From an uncultured virus (IMG/VR IMGVR_UViG_3300021092_000028) (Duplodnaviria > Heunggongvirae > Uroviricota > Caudoviricetes), in IMG/VR virus record IMGVR_UViG_3300021092_000028: a stretch of 64,000 nt of DNA. The stretch is one strand, 5' to 3'. Under the pieces are notes generated by a model that did not search any database, was not told where the DNA came from, and saw nothing but the letters and a program-made list of their open reading frames with translations. The position numbers and the translations under genes were made by a program. Shown in pieces: positions 18,316-28,041 of this stretch. The stretch's first letter is position 1, and each line of letters opens with the position of its first letter.

Positions 18316-18654
18316 TTATTCCTCCACTACATTCCAAGGAAACTCGCCATCATTTATTTGAATCCAATTAGACTTTGCTTTCTCTATTTCTGCTTCAATA
18401 CCTTGATTTACTGAATCTTCATTAATAAAATCTTTCACCCAATTAATCAGAATTTCTTCCGTTAATTGCTCATAAGGTACAAAAGAGCTCTCATCAATAT
18501 CTTCGATATTAAAGTTTGCTGCTGCCTTTACGGAACCAGTATAACCATCCTCATCAATACCAAATTTTTCCCATACAACCGTGAATACTACACTATCAAT
18601 AGTATTTATAGTTCTCTTTGTAAGCGAATGTATTTTCCAAGTATAGTTTATCAT
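18316..18654 (-). CDS. tail-fibre-associated small protein (YTW family, copy 2)
   Basis: MINYTWKIHSL...FVPYEQLTEE.LINWVK...FPW. Confidence 0.75.
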   Translation of the reverse strand: MINYTWKIHSLTKRTINTIDSVVFTVVWEKFGIDEDGYTGSVKAAANFNIEDIDESSFVPYEQLTEEILINWVKDFINEDSVNQGIEAEIEKAKSNWIQINDGEFPWNVVEE

Positions 18655-21600
18655 TTTTTCAAGTTATTAATTTCTTCTTTAAGTGTATTTATTTGCTCTT
18701 GCTGCTCTTTGATTGCTTCAACAAGAAGTGGAACTAATCTTTCATATTGAATGGTTAAATAATTTTCTCCTGATTTTGATGTTTTCTTTTCATCTGTAAA
18801 ATCAATATCAAATGGTGCTGGTGCAACTGCTTGAGGAAGAACTTCTTGAACTTCTTGTGCAATCAAACCAATGTCATTTGTTTCGTGTTTTGGAGTGAAT
18901 CCTAGTTCTTTTGATTTCTCATTCCAATCAAAAGTATATCCATTCAGTTTCTGTATTTTATCTAATGGAGTTTCAATATGTTTGAAGTTTTCTTTTAATC
19001 TACGGTCTGATGAATATGCAGTGATGTTTGATGTTGCTGTAATTGCACCAGTAACATTAGTATCAATTTGTGGATTAAAAGATGCTCCAGAAGGAGAATA
19101 ATACCAAACACCTCTCCCATTGGTGCCATCATACATACCTTGATTTCCGCCAGCAGCAACTGTTTGTCCATAAAAATAGACATTAGTTGTTCCATTATTA
19201 AAAATTATAACTCTTTCTGCTGCTGTTGTGTTGAATGATAAATTTGCAGTAAAAGTTTGAGCAGCACTCCAAGTATTAGAACCATTCATAAGAGGAATAG
19301 TTGCGCCTGATGTTCCCACATTATACCCATCAAGCAAGTCAGCATTTAAGTTGCTTACTACAGTCGTTGAAGAAACTGTAAGTGGTGCAGTTCCTGTTGC
19401 TACTGTAGAAATTAATTGTGATGATGCTCTTATGGAACCTGATACATCTAGTTTTTGTCCTGGATTTGTTAATCCAACTCCAAGATTACCAGAAACATAA
19501 GCACCACCAGTTACTTGAAGTGGTTGTGATGCTGTTCCTGTAGCACTTGTAGAACCGACTAAGAGATTGCCACCAGTAACTTGAACACCAGAACGAGCTG
19601 TTACAATACCAATAGAATCAACATTGGTTACGTCTTCATAAGTTAAGGTTCCTGCAATAGAAACATTTCCAGTAAATGTTGCTGCAGTACCAGTAATATT
19701 TCCATTAAATGTTGTTGCAGATATAACACCAGTAGAAGGATTGAACGATAACTTAGTAGTCGAAACTTTCGATGCTGTAATTGTTCCTGAAGTTTGTGCA
19801 GTTAATACTGGATACAAAGTTTGATTAGTGCTTGTGTCATCAACAACTGTAGAACCTGCTCCAGTTAATCCAGAGCCATCACCAACAAAACTTGTTGCAG
19901 TGATAACACCAGTTGCAACAATACCATTAGTTATGGTAAGTCCAGTGCCAACATTAATTTTATTGTTGATACCATCAATCGTAACTGATGAAGAACCAAC
20001 AGTTAGAATACCAGTAACTCTTGCGTCACCATTAACAATAAGAGCAGTAGAGCCAACTCCAACCTGAACATAATTCCCAAGAGTGGTAATACCAGTGACT
20101 TTTAGATTTCCATTAATTACCAAGTCATCTGTAGATAGACTAACAGCCTTATATCCAACAACTTCTACAACATCTCCATTTTGTGCAGCACTTGTAAGAC
20201 CAACTGTTGTACCGTTAGTTGCAGTATAGTCATCACCAGAAACTAGACGAGCACCATTTAAATAAACATCAACATATCCAATTGTATATCCATTGGTTAA
20301 TGTAAAGTTTGTTTGAACTCCAGTGACATTATAAGATTGTGCATTTCTCGATAGTGGAGCAGTATTCAGTGCTGTAATGAAGTAATCAGTTTCAGTATTT
20401 GGAGCACTTGCAAATCTAATCGTTGAAGAACTAACTGTATATGCAGTTGTGGGTTCTTGAATAACACCACCAAGAGAAACTAAAAGTTGTTGTTCATTCA
20501 GTGGGAAGTAATTATTACCATTGTACTGCATCGTAAATGCAGTTGTAATTCCATTAAATGATGGAGTCAGAGTAATAATATAATTATCCGCTGATGTTAG
20601 AGCAGAAACTCCAGCACCTGCACCACCCGTTGATATAATTGTTACATTACCTGTGGATTGGTCAATTGAAATACCAGAACCAGCAGTAATGGAAGTAACA
20701 ATACCTGTCAGATTAGTCCCAGAACCAGAGAATGAGGTTGCCGTGACAATACCAGAAACTTTTACGTTACCAGTAACATCTAGTTTTGATGTTGGATTTG
20801 TAGTTCCAATGCCAACATTAGAGAGTGTATGAATACCAGCAGAATTTTGTACAAAAAATCCTTCACCACTTCCACCACCACCAGTTGCAGTGATGGTTAC
20901 ATTACCTGTAGATTGGTTGATTGAAATACCAGTTCCGGCAGTTAATGAAGTTACAATGCCTGTTAATTGGGAACCAGATCCAGAGAATGAAGATGCTGTG
21001 ACGACACCAGAAACATTAGCACCAGATGAAGTGATAATGCCACTAAAATTACCTGATGTTGCAGTGAGCACACCAACAGAAATACCATTTGTGGTGCTAT
21101 TGCCTCTACCTGTTACTGAGTTTAAAGTATCAGTTTCTGAATATGATGTTAAATATGTGCTTGTATCAACTGAACCATCAGCCTTTAAAAACTGACTTGA
21201 AGTTCCACCAGATTTAACAAAAGAAGTAGCCGTGACAACACCAACAACTATATTAGGTGTTCCTGTTAATCCTTGTGCAACAGTTGCAATACCAGCAGTT
21301 GATGCAAAACTTACATTAATATCATAAGTTCCAGATAATCTTGCAGAATTAATGGTCCCTGTAGTGATATTTGCAGCATCTGCAAGATTAGTCGCAGTGG
21401 TTGCAGTTCCTGTAACGTTACCAGTGAGAGCACCAACAAATGTAGTTGCAGTAACAACACCTGTTGCATTAATTCCACTACGAGCAGTGATTTGGTAGGG
21501 AGTGTCAATAAAATTAGCAGCGTTGGATACTGCATTACCCATACCAGCATGATTAGAGCACTGATAATGTAGAACAATCGGTGTGGTATCTACAATAGTG

Positions 21601-22208
21601 ATTTCAGTATATGCACCAGCACTACCAGCAGTTCCGTTTGTTGTTACATTAGTAGTGTATTGAGTTGTTCTATTTGCTTCCAGGTAAAAACGAAGTGGAT
21701 GAGAACTATTACTACCGTCTGCTTGATCAAAGCGATAGGTTTTTCCTGGAAGTAATGTTATAAAGGGAGATTCTGCCCCGTCAATAAAGTATCCTTGAGA
21801 AGATCCAGATCCAAAGTAACGATGATTCGCTGTTTTATTTGCGACTGTGACCGTAAAAGTTTTTGTAGCAGAACTTGCCGTTCCTAAAAGTGTTTGATAT
21901 CCATTAAAACTAGATGCAGTTACAACTCCACTAAAATGTCCATCACCGACAACAGAAAGTTTTGATGTTGGAATTGTGGAACCAACACCTACATTTCCAG
22001 CAGTAAAGTTAATATCATAAGAATCCGTTCCCGTCCCTACGTTCCAAGGGTTAACGGTAAAAACTGTAGTTCCTATACCAACGTTTTTAGAGGCAAATAC
22101 CTTTCCGTCATATGTGTTTAAAGCTATTTCCCCAAGAGGAACTTGCGTCTCATTGGGAATTTTGCCAGGTACAGATGACCTTTTAAACCGTACTTTTGGA
22201 TCAGACAT
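18651..22208 (-). CDS. long tail fibre distal subunit, gp37-like, with C-terminal peptidase S74 intramolecular chaperone
   Basis: N-terminal VRFKRSSVPGKIP...LGEIALNTYDGKVF resembles the T4 gp37 N-terminus; C-terminal SDRRLKEN...GLIAQEV...YERLVPLLVEAIKE. Confidence 0.88.
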   Translation of the reverse strand: MSDPKVRFKRSSVPGKIPNETQVPLGEIALNTYDGKVFASKNVGIGTTVFTVNPWNVGTGTDSYDINFTAGNVGVGSTIPTSKLSVVGDGHFSGVVTASSFNGYQTLLGTASSATKTFTVTVANKTANHRYFGSGSSQGYFIDGAESPFITLLPGKTYRFDQADGSNSSHPLRFYLEANRTTQYTTNVTTNGTAGSAGAYTEITIVDTTPIVLHYQCSNHAGMGNAVSNAANFIDTPYQITARSGINATGVVTATTFVGALTGNVTGTATTATNLADAANITTGTINSARLSGTYDINVSFASTAGIATVAQGLTGTPNIVVGVVTATSFVKSGGTSSQFLKADGSVDTSTYLTSYSETDTLNSVTGRGNSTTNGISVGVLTATSGNFSGIITSSGANVSGVVTASSFSGSGSQLTGIVTSLTAGTGISINQSTGNVTITATGGGGSGEGFFVQNSAGIHTLSNVGIGTTNPTSKLDVTGNVKVSGIVTATSFSGSGTNLTGIVTSITAGSGISIDQSTGNVTIISTGGAGAGVSALTSADNYIITLTPSFNGITTAFTMQYNGNNYFPLNEQQLLVSLGGVIQEPTTAYTVSSSTIRFASAPNTETDYFITALNTAPLSRNAQSYNVTGVQTNFTLTNGYTIGYVDVYLNGARLVSGDDYTATNGTTVGLTSAAQNGDVVEVVGYKAVSLSTDDLVINGNLKVTGITTLGNYVQVGVGSTALIVNGDARVTGILTVGSSSVTIDGINNKINVGTGLTITNGIVATGVITATSFVGDGSGLTGAGSTVVDDTSTNQTLYPVLTAQTSGTITASKVSTTKLSFNPSTGVISATTFNGNITGTAATFTGNVSIAGTLTYEDVTNVDSIGIVTARSGVQVTGGNLLVGSTSATGTASQPLQVTGGAYVSGNLGVGLTNPGQKLDVSGSIRASSQLISTVATGTAPLTVSSTTVVSNLNADLLDGYNVGTSGATIPLMNGSNTWSAAQTFTANLSFNTTAAERVIIFNNGTTNVYFYGQTVAAGGNQGMYDGTNGRGVWYYSPSGASFNPQIDTNVTGAITATSNITAYSSDRRLKENFKHIETPLDKIQKLNGYTFDWNEKSKELGFTPKHETNDIGLIAQEVQEVLPQAVAPAPFDIDFTDEKKTSKSGENYLTIQYERLVPLLVEAIKEQQEQINTLKEEINNLKK

Positions 22209-22262
22209 TCAACCTCATCTTTGGTATATACCGTAGAACTCTTATATAAGAGTTTTTATTAT

Positions 22263-22454
22263 TTATTGGAAATCTTCTTCAGGTTTTTCAGGTCTTTTAG
22301 ATTTTGTCTTTAATTTTTCCAATTCATCACTTAAAGATTTTACAGTTGAACTTAATTTTTCAACCTGTGTTTCTAGTACAATATTTGTATTGTATAGTTC
22401 AAATGCTTTCTGTTGATATTTTGCAAGAACAGATTTCAAATCGTCTTCAGACAT
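22263..22454 (-). CDS. small coiled-coil protein (possible fibre chaperone)
   Basis: 63-aa heptad-rich ORF between two fibre genes. Confidence 0.7.
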   Translation of the reverse strand: MSEDDLKSVLAKYQQKAFELYNTNIVLETQVEKLSSTVKSLSDELEKLKTKSKRPEKPEEDFQ

Positions 22455-22486
22455 AAAAAAAGGAGGAGATAACTCCTCCTATTTAG
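22455..22486 (-). terminator. intrinsic-terminator-like hairpin overlapping a late promoter and an RBS
   Basis: Minus strand CTAAAT-AGGAGGAG-TTAT-CTCCTCCT-TTTTTT-ATG. Confidence 0.75.
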
Positions 22487-22501
22487 AAATTAATACGAAA
22501 C

Positions 22502-24838
22502 TTAGAAGGTTCCTGCGTCAATCGTGATATTTTCCAAGAATCTCTCAGTTCCTGTGCAGGAAATTACTTGTGAAGTTCCAGCACAATCAGTTACCCAAAG
22601 AGAACTGATTTCAATTGGTGCATATGTAGTGAATGTAATTTGTGGAGTATTATTGTCATTTCCATCACCAGCAGTGACTTCTGAACCAAACTTAAATCTA
22701 CCATCTGCGTGTTCCCAGACAACACCAGATTTCTTAGCACCTGATGAGTTATAGTTGAAGATAACTCCAAGGTCCCAAGTAGTTGAAGAGCCAGGAGCAC
22801 TTCCATTTACAACACCAAGTTCAATAGTACGATCTTCGACTGTGAGTGAAGCAGTGTTAACCTGTGTTGTGGAACCGTTAACATAAAGATTTCCACCAAC
22901 AGTAAGGTCAGAACTTGTAATGACATTGGATGCAAAAGTGGAAACGCCAGTTACGTTAACACCACCTGCACCAACAGTGAGTCCATTTGCACCAAAAGTT
23001 AGGTTTGCGCTATCTTGAAGAGAACCAGAAGTTCCTGCAAGAACAACTCTACCTGAAGTTAGGTCTGAAACTGTTGCAGATGATAATGTCGTTTCACCAC
23101 CACTAATATCTGCACCACCATTACCATCTATTAATCCAGAAACTGTAGCGATACCACTAGCACTGATGTGTCTTGTAGTTACATCAACACCAATAGAAGC
23201 ACCACCAGTTACTTGAAGTCCACCAACATAAAGATTATTATCAATATAAACATTAGAAGTGGTAAAGGTAGTTACGCCGACAACCGTAATTAAATCTCCA
23301 CCACTATCTCCAAGATTTACATTTCCAGCAAGAGTGCTGATACCACTGACTAAAACATCACCAGTGAATTCTGCGTGTTGTGTAGTAAGTTTATTAGCAC
23401 CGGGATTGTAGTAAATACCATCATCAGTATAGACAGTCTCATTGGTTGCAGAGCCATTGTGACTATCAACAAAGGTTATATAATAGTTTGCTGCATTATT
23501 ACTTGCAGTAACAGTCTTAACTTGGTCGGCAGAAGATACGTTACCAACTAATGAACCATAGAAAGTTGATGCACTGACAGAAGTATCACCAACAGTTACA
23601 CCAGTTCCGACAGCAAGGCGAACTCCATTCGCCATTGTTGTGGTTCCGATTGCAACGCCATAGTTGAAACCAAATGCATCAGTCCCAAATCCAAGAGTTC
23701 CACTCTTGAACCACATTAATTGCTTATAAGTGCTTGGAAGTGTATTGATTCCAGAAGCATTAAAGTCTGCTAATGGAGTCCCTTCGGTAGATGCAATTGC
23801 AACACCACCGTGATTTGCAGTGGTATCATTTGGAGTAATCGATGTAGTATATCCAAGAACAATATCTTTGTTCTCAATGAAAACATCAGAACCACGTAAA
23901 GTAACAGTGGTTCCACCAAGAGAAATATTTCCAGTTACATCCAGGTCACCGATGATATCAACGTGGTCATTGATTACAGTAGTTCCTGCAGCAGAATCTA
24001 GATAAAGACTTCCTGTTGTGGTATCAACAACTCCATTTCCACCAATTCCAAGTCTTACATCATCAGCAACTAAACCAGTTGCAAATGTACCAACTCCAGA
24101 GAATGCTGCGTGTCTCCATCTCTTTGGAGTTGAGTTGGCACCAATATCATAAGTATTATCGGCGTTTGGAATTAAGTTTGAAACAAACTCGCCAGCGACG
24201 TTGATATCATCAGTATCACTATCACCAAGATTGATAGTACCACCCTTAAATGTTGCAACACCAACAAACTCAGAGTATCCCTGAACGTTTAAGTTTCCTC
24301 CAACTGTTACGTTCTTATTGACTCCTAAACCACCATCAATCTGAACCGCACCTGTGTTAGCATCTCCTAAGGTGTTATCAGTTGTATTGCTAAATGTGGT
24401 AATACCAGAAAAGTCTGCGTTAGTATTTACATCTAGATAAGAACCACCAATTGTGGTAATTCCAGAGAATACTGCGTTTAGGGAACCACTAGACCAAGAA
24501 AGATTACCACTACCGTCGTTAGTCAGGACAGTTTGACTACTACCTTGTGTACCTGGCAGAACATAAGTTACGTTTCCTGCAAGAGTATCAGGTGACTTAA
24601 GTGCTACGTAGTTTGAACCGTCTTTATCAACTAACTTAAAGCGAAGGGAAGTTGTTCCATCTTCTCTTAACCAATAACGATGAGAACCAAAGAATTTATT
24701 ACCAGAAACTGAGGTATCAAAACCTACAAACAAGTCAAAATTATTTAAAGAAAATCCAGGTTCCCCTGGACGTAATGCTGGTATAGTTCCTCCTACACCT
24801 GCGTTACCTCTTTTAAACTGCAGTACTGGAGCAGCCAT
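22502..24838 (-). CDS. tail fibre protein with Mtd_N-like N-terminus
   Basis: LQFKRG...LRPGEPGF...LFVG; beta-rich Gly/Thr/Val body; ends IDAGTF. Confidence 0.8.
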   Translation of the reverse strand: MAAPVLQFKRGNAGVGGTIPALRPGEPGFSLNNFDLFVGFDTSVSGNKFFGSHRYWLREDGTTSLRFKLVDKDGSNYVALKSPDTLAGNVTYVLPGTQGSSQTVLTNDGSGNLSWSSGSLNAVFSGITTIGGSYLDVNTNADFSGITTFSNTTDNTLGDANTGAVQIDGGLGVNKNVTVGGNLNVQGYSEFVGVATFKGGTINLGDSDTDDINVAGEFVSNLIPNADNTYDIGANSTPKRWRHAAFSGVGTFATGLVADDVRLGIGGNGVVDTTTGSLYLDSAAGTTVINDHVDIIGDLDVTGNISLGGTTVTLRGSDVFIENKDIVLGYTTSITPNDTTANHGGVAIASTEGTPLADFNASGINTLPSTYKQLMWFKSGTLGFGTDAFGFNYGVAIGTTTMANGVRLAVGTGVTVGDTSVSASTFYGSLVGNVSSADQVKTVTASNNAANYYITFVDSHNGSATNETVYTDDGIYYNPGANKLTTQHAEFTGDVLVSGISTLAGNVNLGDSGGDLITVVGVTTFTTSNVYIDNNLYVGGLQVTGGASIGVDVTTRHISASGIATVSGLIDGNGGADISGGETTLSSATVSDLTSGRVVLAGTSGSLQDSANLTFGANGLTVGAGGVNVTGVSTFASNVITSSDLTVGGNLYVNGSTTQVNTASLTVEDRTIELGVVNGSAPGSSTTWDLGVIFNYNSSGAKKSGVVWEHADGRFKFGSEVTAGDGNDNNTPQITFTTYAPIEISSLWVTDCAGTSQVISCTGTERFLENITIDAGTF

Positions 24839-24881
24839 TCCCTTTCTCCACTAGTTTTTCCCTTAGTATTATTTAGAAAAC

Positions 24882-25220
24882 TTAAAAACTGCCTGCATCA
24901 AGATCAATGCGGTCATCGAGATCGATATCGACACGATCTAGGAATGCTGTTGCGTAACCAACAAGTCCTGGTTGTGTTGTTTCAGTTGCAGCTGCGGCAT
25001 TCAGAACTACATCTGGATTGACATCTTTCCATTTTCCAGATGATGCATCGTACATTAAGACATACTTATCATTCGCTCCACTGATTTCTACGTCTGTAAG
25101 TTCGTCTAGGTTCATTGGAGTAATCTCAAGTTTGTATGAGAGATTTGCTTTTCGGTTAAGGGGTTGAGAAATTTTTGCTGAAAAATTATTTCCTGAAGAC
25201 AGTGTTACTTTATATGTCAT
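24882..25220 (-). CDS. fibre-associated structural protein
   Basis: LDELTDV...YVLMYDASSGKW motif; ends LDAGSF. Confidence 0.7.
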   Translation of the reverse strand: MTYKVTLSSGNNFSAKISQPLNRKANLSYKLEITPMNLDELTDVEISGANDKYVLMYDASSGKWKDVNPDVVLNAAAATETTQPGLVGYATAFLDRVDIDLDDRIDLDAGSF

Positions 25221-25552
25221 ACAGAAACACTCTCCTCTACCATTGCTGTTCCTTTAATGACTTTTGTCTTCTTAGTTGCAACCGTTAATACAACATCAAA
25301 GTAATTTCTTCCCGCTTTTAAAGTTGCAGTTTGTTCGGCGGTTAAGGTTAATTTAATTGTTCCTGTTCCTGCAGTGATTGTTTTTGAAAACTCTACGGAA
25401 CTAGTTGCTGTTGGATGCTTACGAATTGATGCATAAGTCGTTCCAAGTTGACTCAAAACAGCAGCAGAACTGTCTGATTCAAAAAGATTGAAAGTCACCT
25501 CAAAATCTGTGCCCTTTTCAATAATTATATTGGTAATTTCAGCGACAGCCAT
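25217..25552 (-). CDS. Ig-like fibre-attachment/structural protein
   Basis: IIEKGTDF...ASIRKH...GTIKLTLTAEQTATLKAGRNYFDV. Confidence 0.7.
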   Translation of the reverse strand: MAVAEITNIIIEKGTDFEVTFNLFESDSSAAVLSQLGTTYASIRKHPTATSSVEFSKTITAGTGTIKLTLTAEQTATLKAGRNYFDVVLTVATKKTKVIKGTAMVEESVSV

Positions 25553-25584
25553 TTTACTTCTGGTGTTTTAAGTATTTATTAATT

Positions 25585-26031
25585 TTATGAAAGGATGAAG
25601 TTTATTGGACTAAATCCTCCTCCTCCTCCTCCGCCGCCACCAGTTACATTTATTGTAGCGATACCTGATGATACTGTTACTGTGGAAATACCTGCACCTC
25701 TCAAATCAATAAAAGTTACACCAGTTCCTACTGTTACTCCAAATGTTCCAATACCAACACCATTGAATAAAGTTTGACCATTTAGTCGAATTGATGTTGC
25801 GGTAACTACACCAAGAATATTGGCATTTTGTAACGTAACCCCAGAAGAATGCAAGTCTGAACTTCCGATTCTAAAACCATTACTATGAATGGTCGTTGCT
25901 GAACCTACATTAATCTGAGTTCCACTTAGAGTAATTCCAGAACCAACATTTGCTGATGTCGCAGTTACAATACCAGCAAAGTTTGCTCCACCTTGAGCAT
26001 CACCGACAAGTTGTACTTTTGTTCTAGACAT
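25585..26031 (-). CDS. short tail-fibre-like protein
   Basis: GIVTATS repeats; shares GSATTIHxxGFRIGSSDLHS with 26105..27727. Confidence 0.7.
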   Translation of the reverse strand: MSRTKVQLVGDAQGGANFAGIVTATSANVGSGITLSGTQINVGSATTIHSNGFRIGSSDLHSSGVTLQNANILGVVTATSIRLNGQTLFNGVGIGTFGVTVGTGVTFIDLRGAGISTVTVSSGIATINVTGGGGGGGGGFSPINFILS

Positions 26032-26052
26032 TATGGTTTTTTAGGTATTTAT

Positions 26053-26092
26053 GAGTTAATTCTAGTTTGGATACCACCTTCATTATAATCTT
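26053..26092 (-). pseudogene. possible collapsed cassette remnant between two late-promoter boundaries
   Basis: Two boundary motifs about 40 nt apart, of the two types that flank the 90-aa genes. Confidence 0.4.
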
Positions 26093-26104
26093 TTTGAGTA
26101 TTTA

Positions 26105-27727
26105 TTATAGAGAATATGCTTTTACAAGAACATAAAGCCACCCATTACTCCCAGAGTTTCCAAAGTTATTAAAATAAATTGTCCTTCCACTGGTTGGTAT
26201 GTGTTGACTGGAATACCATACACCAAAGAATGGGCTGTATCCATCTGTTTCACCATTATAAGTAAGAGTAATTGCCTGACGAGTTAGTGTTCCAAATTGT
26301 CCTGATGGTTGCTGTCCCCTTGATCCAACCCAGTTTGTTTGATTTGTTAAAACGTTTCTACCCAAAACAAAATTCTGGTGATCGCTGGAATTAGCAGTTG
26401 CAAAAACATCAGCAAGAACATAACGAGCAGTTGAGGGTATGGTGGATGGATTTAGTGTAATTGCTTGTGAAGTTACACCACCAGTAAAAGACCATTCTGT
26501 TACTCCTGGTGTTACTTCCACCCATTGAATAATATTATCATTTCCTATTTTAATATTTCTCTTAACTTGTAAATCTCCATATGCAAGATCAATTGTCACA
26601 CCTGGACTATTAGTTCCACCACCAACAAAAGAAATACTGTTTGCTGGAACAGTATATTCACCAGACTCTGATAAAGATGAGTCAATATTTCTATGATATA
26701 TTCCCCAGTTCGAATTAGAGTCTGCTGGATCTCTGAATATCCAAAAATCTCTATCATTGGGTGATCCTTCAATTGCAACATTGGTAGAAGGATTATTAGT
26801 TTTATATGTTGTTAAAACTGTTCCATAAGGAACTGTAAATCTATTTGCTCTAGCAGTTCCATTCACATCAAGTTTTGCTTGTGGATTTGTGGTTCCTATG
26901 CCGATATTACCAGTTAACCTGTAGATATCATTACCAGTTCCTGCAGTCCATCTAGATGCAACAAAAGGACTTCCGTTTTGATTTAAAGTTCCCGTGAAGT
27001 TAATATCATTAAAAGTACCAATACCAGAAGAATTTAAATTGACAATACTTAATCCAGTTGAGTGTAAATCAGAACTTCCGATTCTAAATCCACTAGTATG
27101 AATGGTTGTAGCAGAACCTACATTAACCTGATCAGTTGTTCCATTAAGAGTAACTGAACTTGTTCCAATTGTAAGAATACCAGTAACTCTTGTGTTTCCT
27201 TCTACAATTAACGTTGTGTTTCCAGTTCCAATCTTGACAGTACCAAGAGCATTGGTAACTGTTGAAATTCCGGAAACATATAAATCTCCAGAGGTATTCC
27301 AAGAAGGCCCTCCAGTCGATAACTTAATTGGTGTTATAGAACCATCAGCAACAATTGCAGTTCCAATCGGTACAGCAGGGCCTAGTGAAACTCCGGAGAA
27401 TGTTAATCCAGAACTTGGTGCGGTTGTGAAAGTAATATTTGATGATGAAATTGTATAATCAGTAATTGGCGCTTGAACTACACCACCAAGAACAATTCTA
27501 AGTTGTTGTGCATTCGCAGGATAGAATGGTATTCCGGATTCTGTAAGTGCGAATGTTACAGTTGAATCATTAAAAGAACCAGAAATATCATCAAGAATTA
27601 CAATTTCTTTTGTTGATTGTGGAGTAAAACTTTGCCAGACATATCCATCCCACTTGAAAGAAAACCCAGAAGTGTTATCTGTATAAACTTCATTTACAGT
27701 AGGTGCGTCTGGAAAGTTAAGTGCCAT
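26105..27727 (-). CDS. tail fibre / receptor-binding protein
   Basis: MALNFP...WDG..W N-terminus, LDDISGSFN...LGGVVQ domain, GNIGIGTTNP, unique C-terminus. Confidence 0.8.
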   Translation of the reverse strand: MALNFPDAPTVNEVYTDNTSGFSFKWDGYVWQSFTPQSTKEIVILDDISGSFNDSTVTFALTESGIPFYPANAQQLRIVLGGVVQAPITDYTISSSNITFTTAPSSGLTFSGVSLGPAVPIGTAIVADGSITPIKLSTGGPSWNTSGDLYVSGISTVTNALGTVKIGTGNTTLIVEGNTRVTGILTIGTSSVTLNGTTDQVNVGSATTIHTSGFRIGSSDLHSTGLSIVNLNSSGIGTFNDINFTGTLNQNGSPFVASRWTAGTGNDIYRLTGNIGIGTTNPQAKLDVNGTARANRFTVPYGTVLTTYKTNNPSTNVAIEGSPNDRDFWIFRDPADSNSNWGIYHRNIDSSLSESGEYTVPANSISFVGGGTNSPGVTIDLAYGDLQVKRNIKIGNDNIIQWVEVTPGVTEWSFTGGVTSQAITLNPSTIPSTARYVLADVFATANSSDHQNFVLGRNVLTNQTNWVGSRGQQPSGQFGTLTRQAITLTYNGETDGYSPFFGVWYSSQHIPTSGRTIYFNNFGNSGSNGWLYVLVKAYSL

Positions 27728-27778
27728 TATAGTTTTTTAGGTATTTATGAAACAGTATTAGATGCTGCTTCTTGATTT
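27722..27778. repeat. 57-bp exact direct repeat, copy A (copy B 29425-29481)
   Basis: tgccattatagttttttaggtatttatgaaacagtattagatgctgcttcttgattt, read at both sites. Confidence 0.9.
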
Positions 27779-28017
27779 TTTTCTTCTACTGTTTTCACTA
27801 GACCCTCTTCATATGCAGCTAAAACCATATCTGGTTTGTTGGTTGCCGTGATGGGTTGATTATTATCTAACTTATGCTTTACATATAAGTCACAAATCTC
27901 ATCAATTGCAATACGAGCACGGTTGTGTGCTGCGTTATCAATCCAATCTTGTGGATCAGCAGCGACATATTCCATTGCTTTGGTTTCTGCTTCAGTTAGA
28001 GTAACGGTGTAATCCAT
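27745..28017 (-). CDS. 90-aa partner of C1q-domain fibre (copy 1)
   Basis: MDYTVTLTEAE...WIDNAAHNRARIAIDEI; close paralogue of 29448. Confidence 0.85.
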   Translation of the reverse strand: MDYTVTLTEAETKAMEYVAADPQDWIDNAAHNRARIAIDEICDLYVKHKLDNNQPITATNKPDMVLAAYEEGLVKTVEEKNQEAASNTVS

Positions 28018-28041
28018 ATTAAGTTCTTTTTTGAGTATTTA

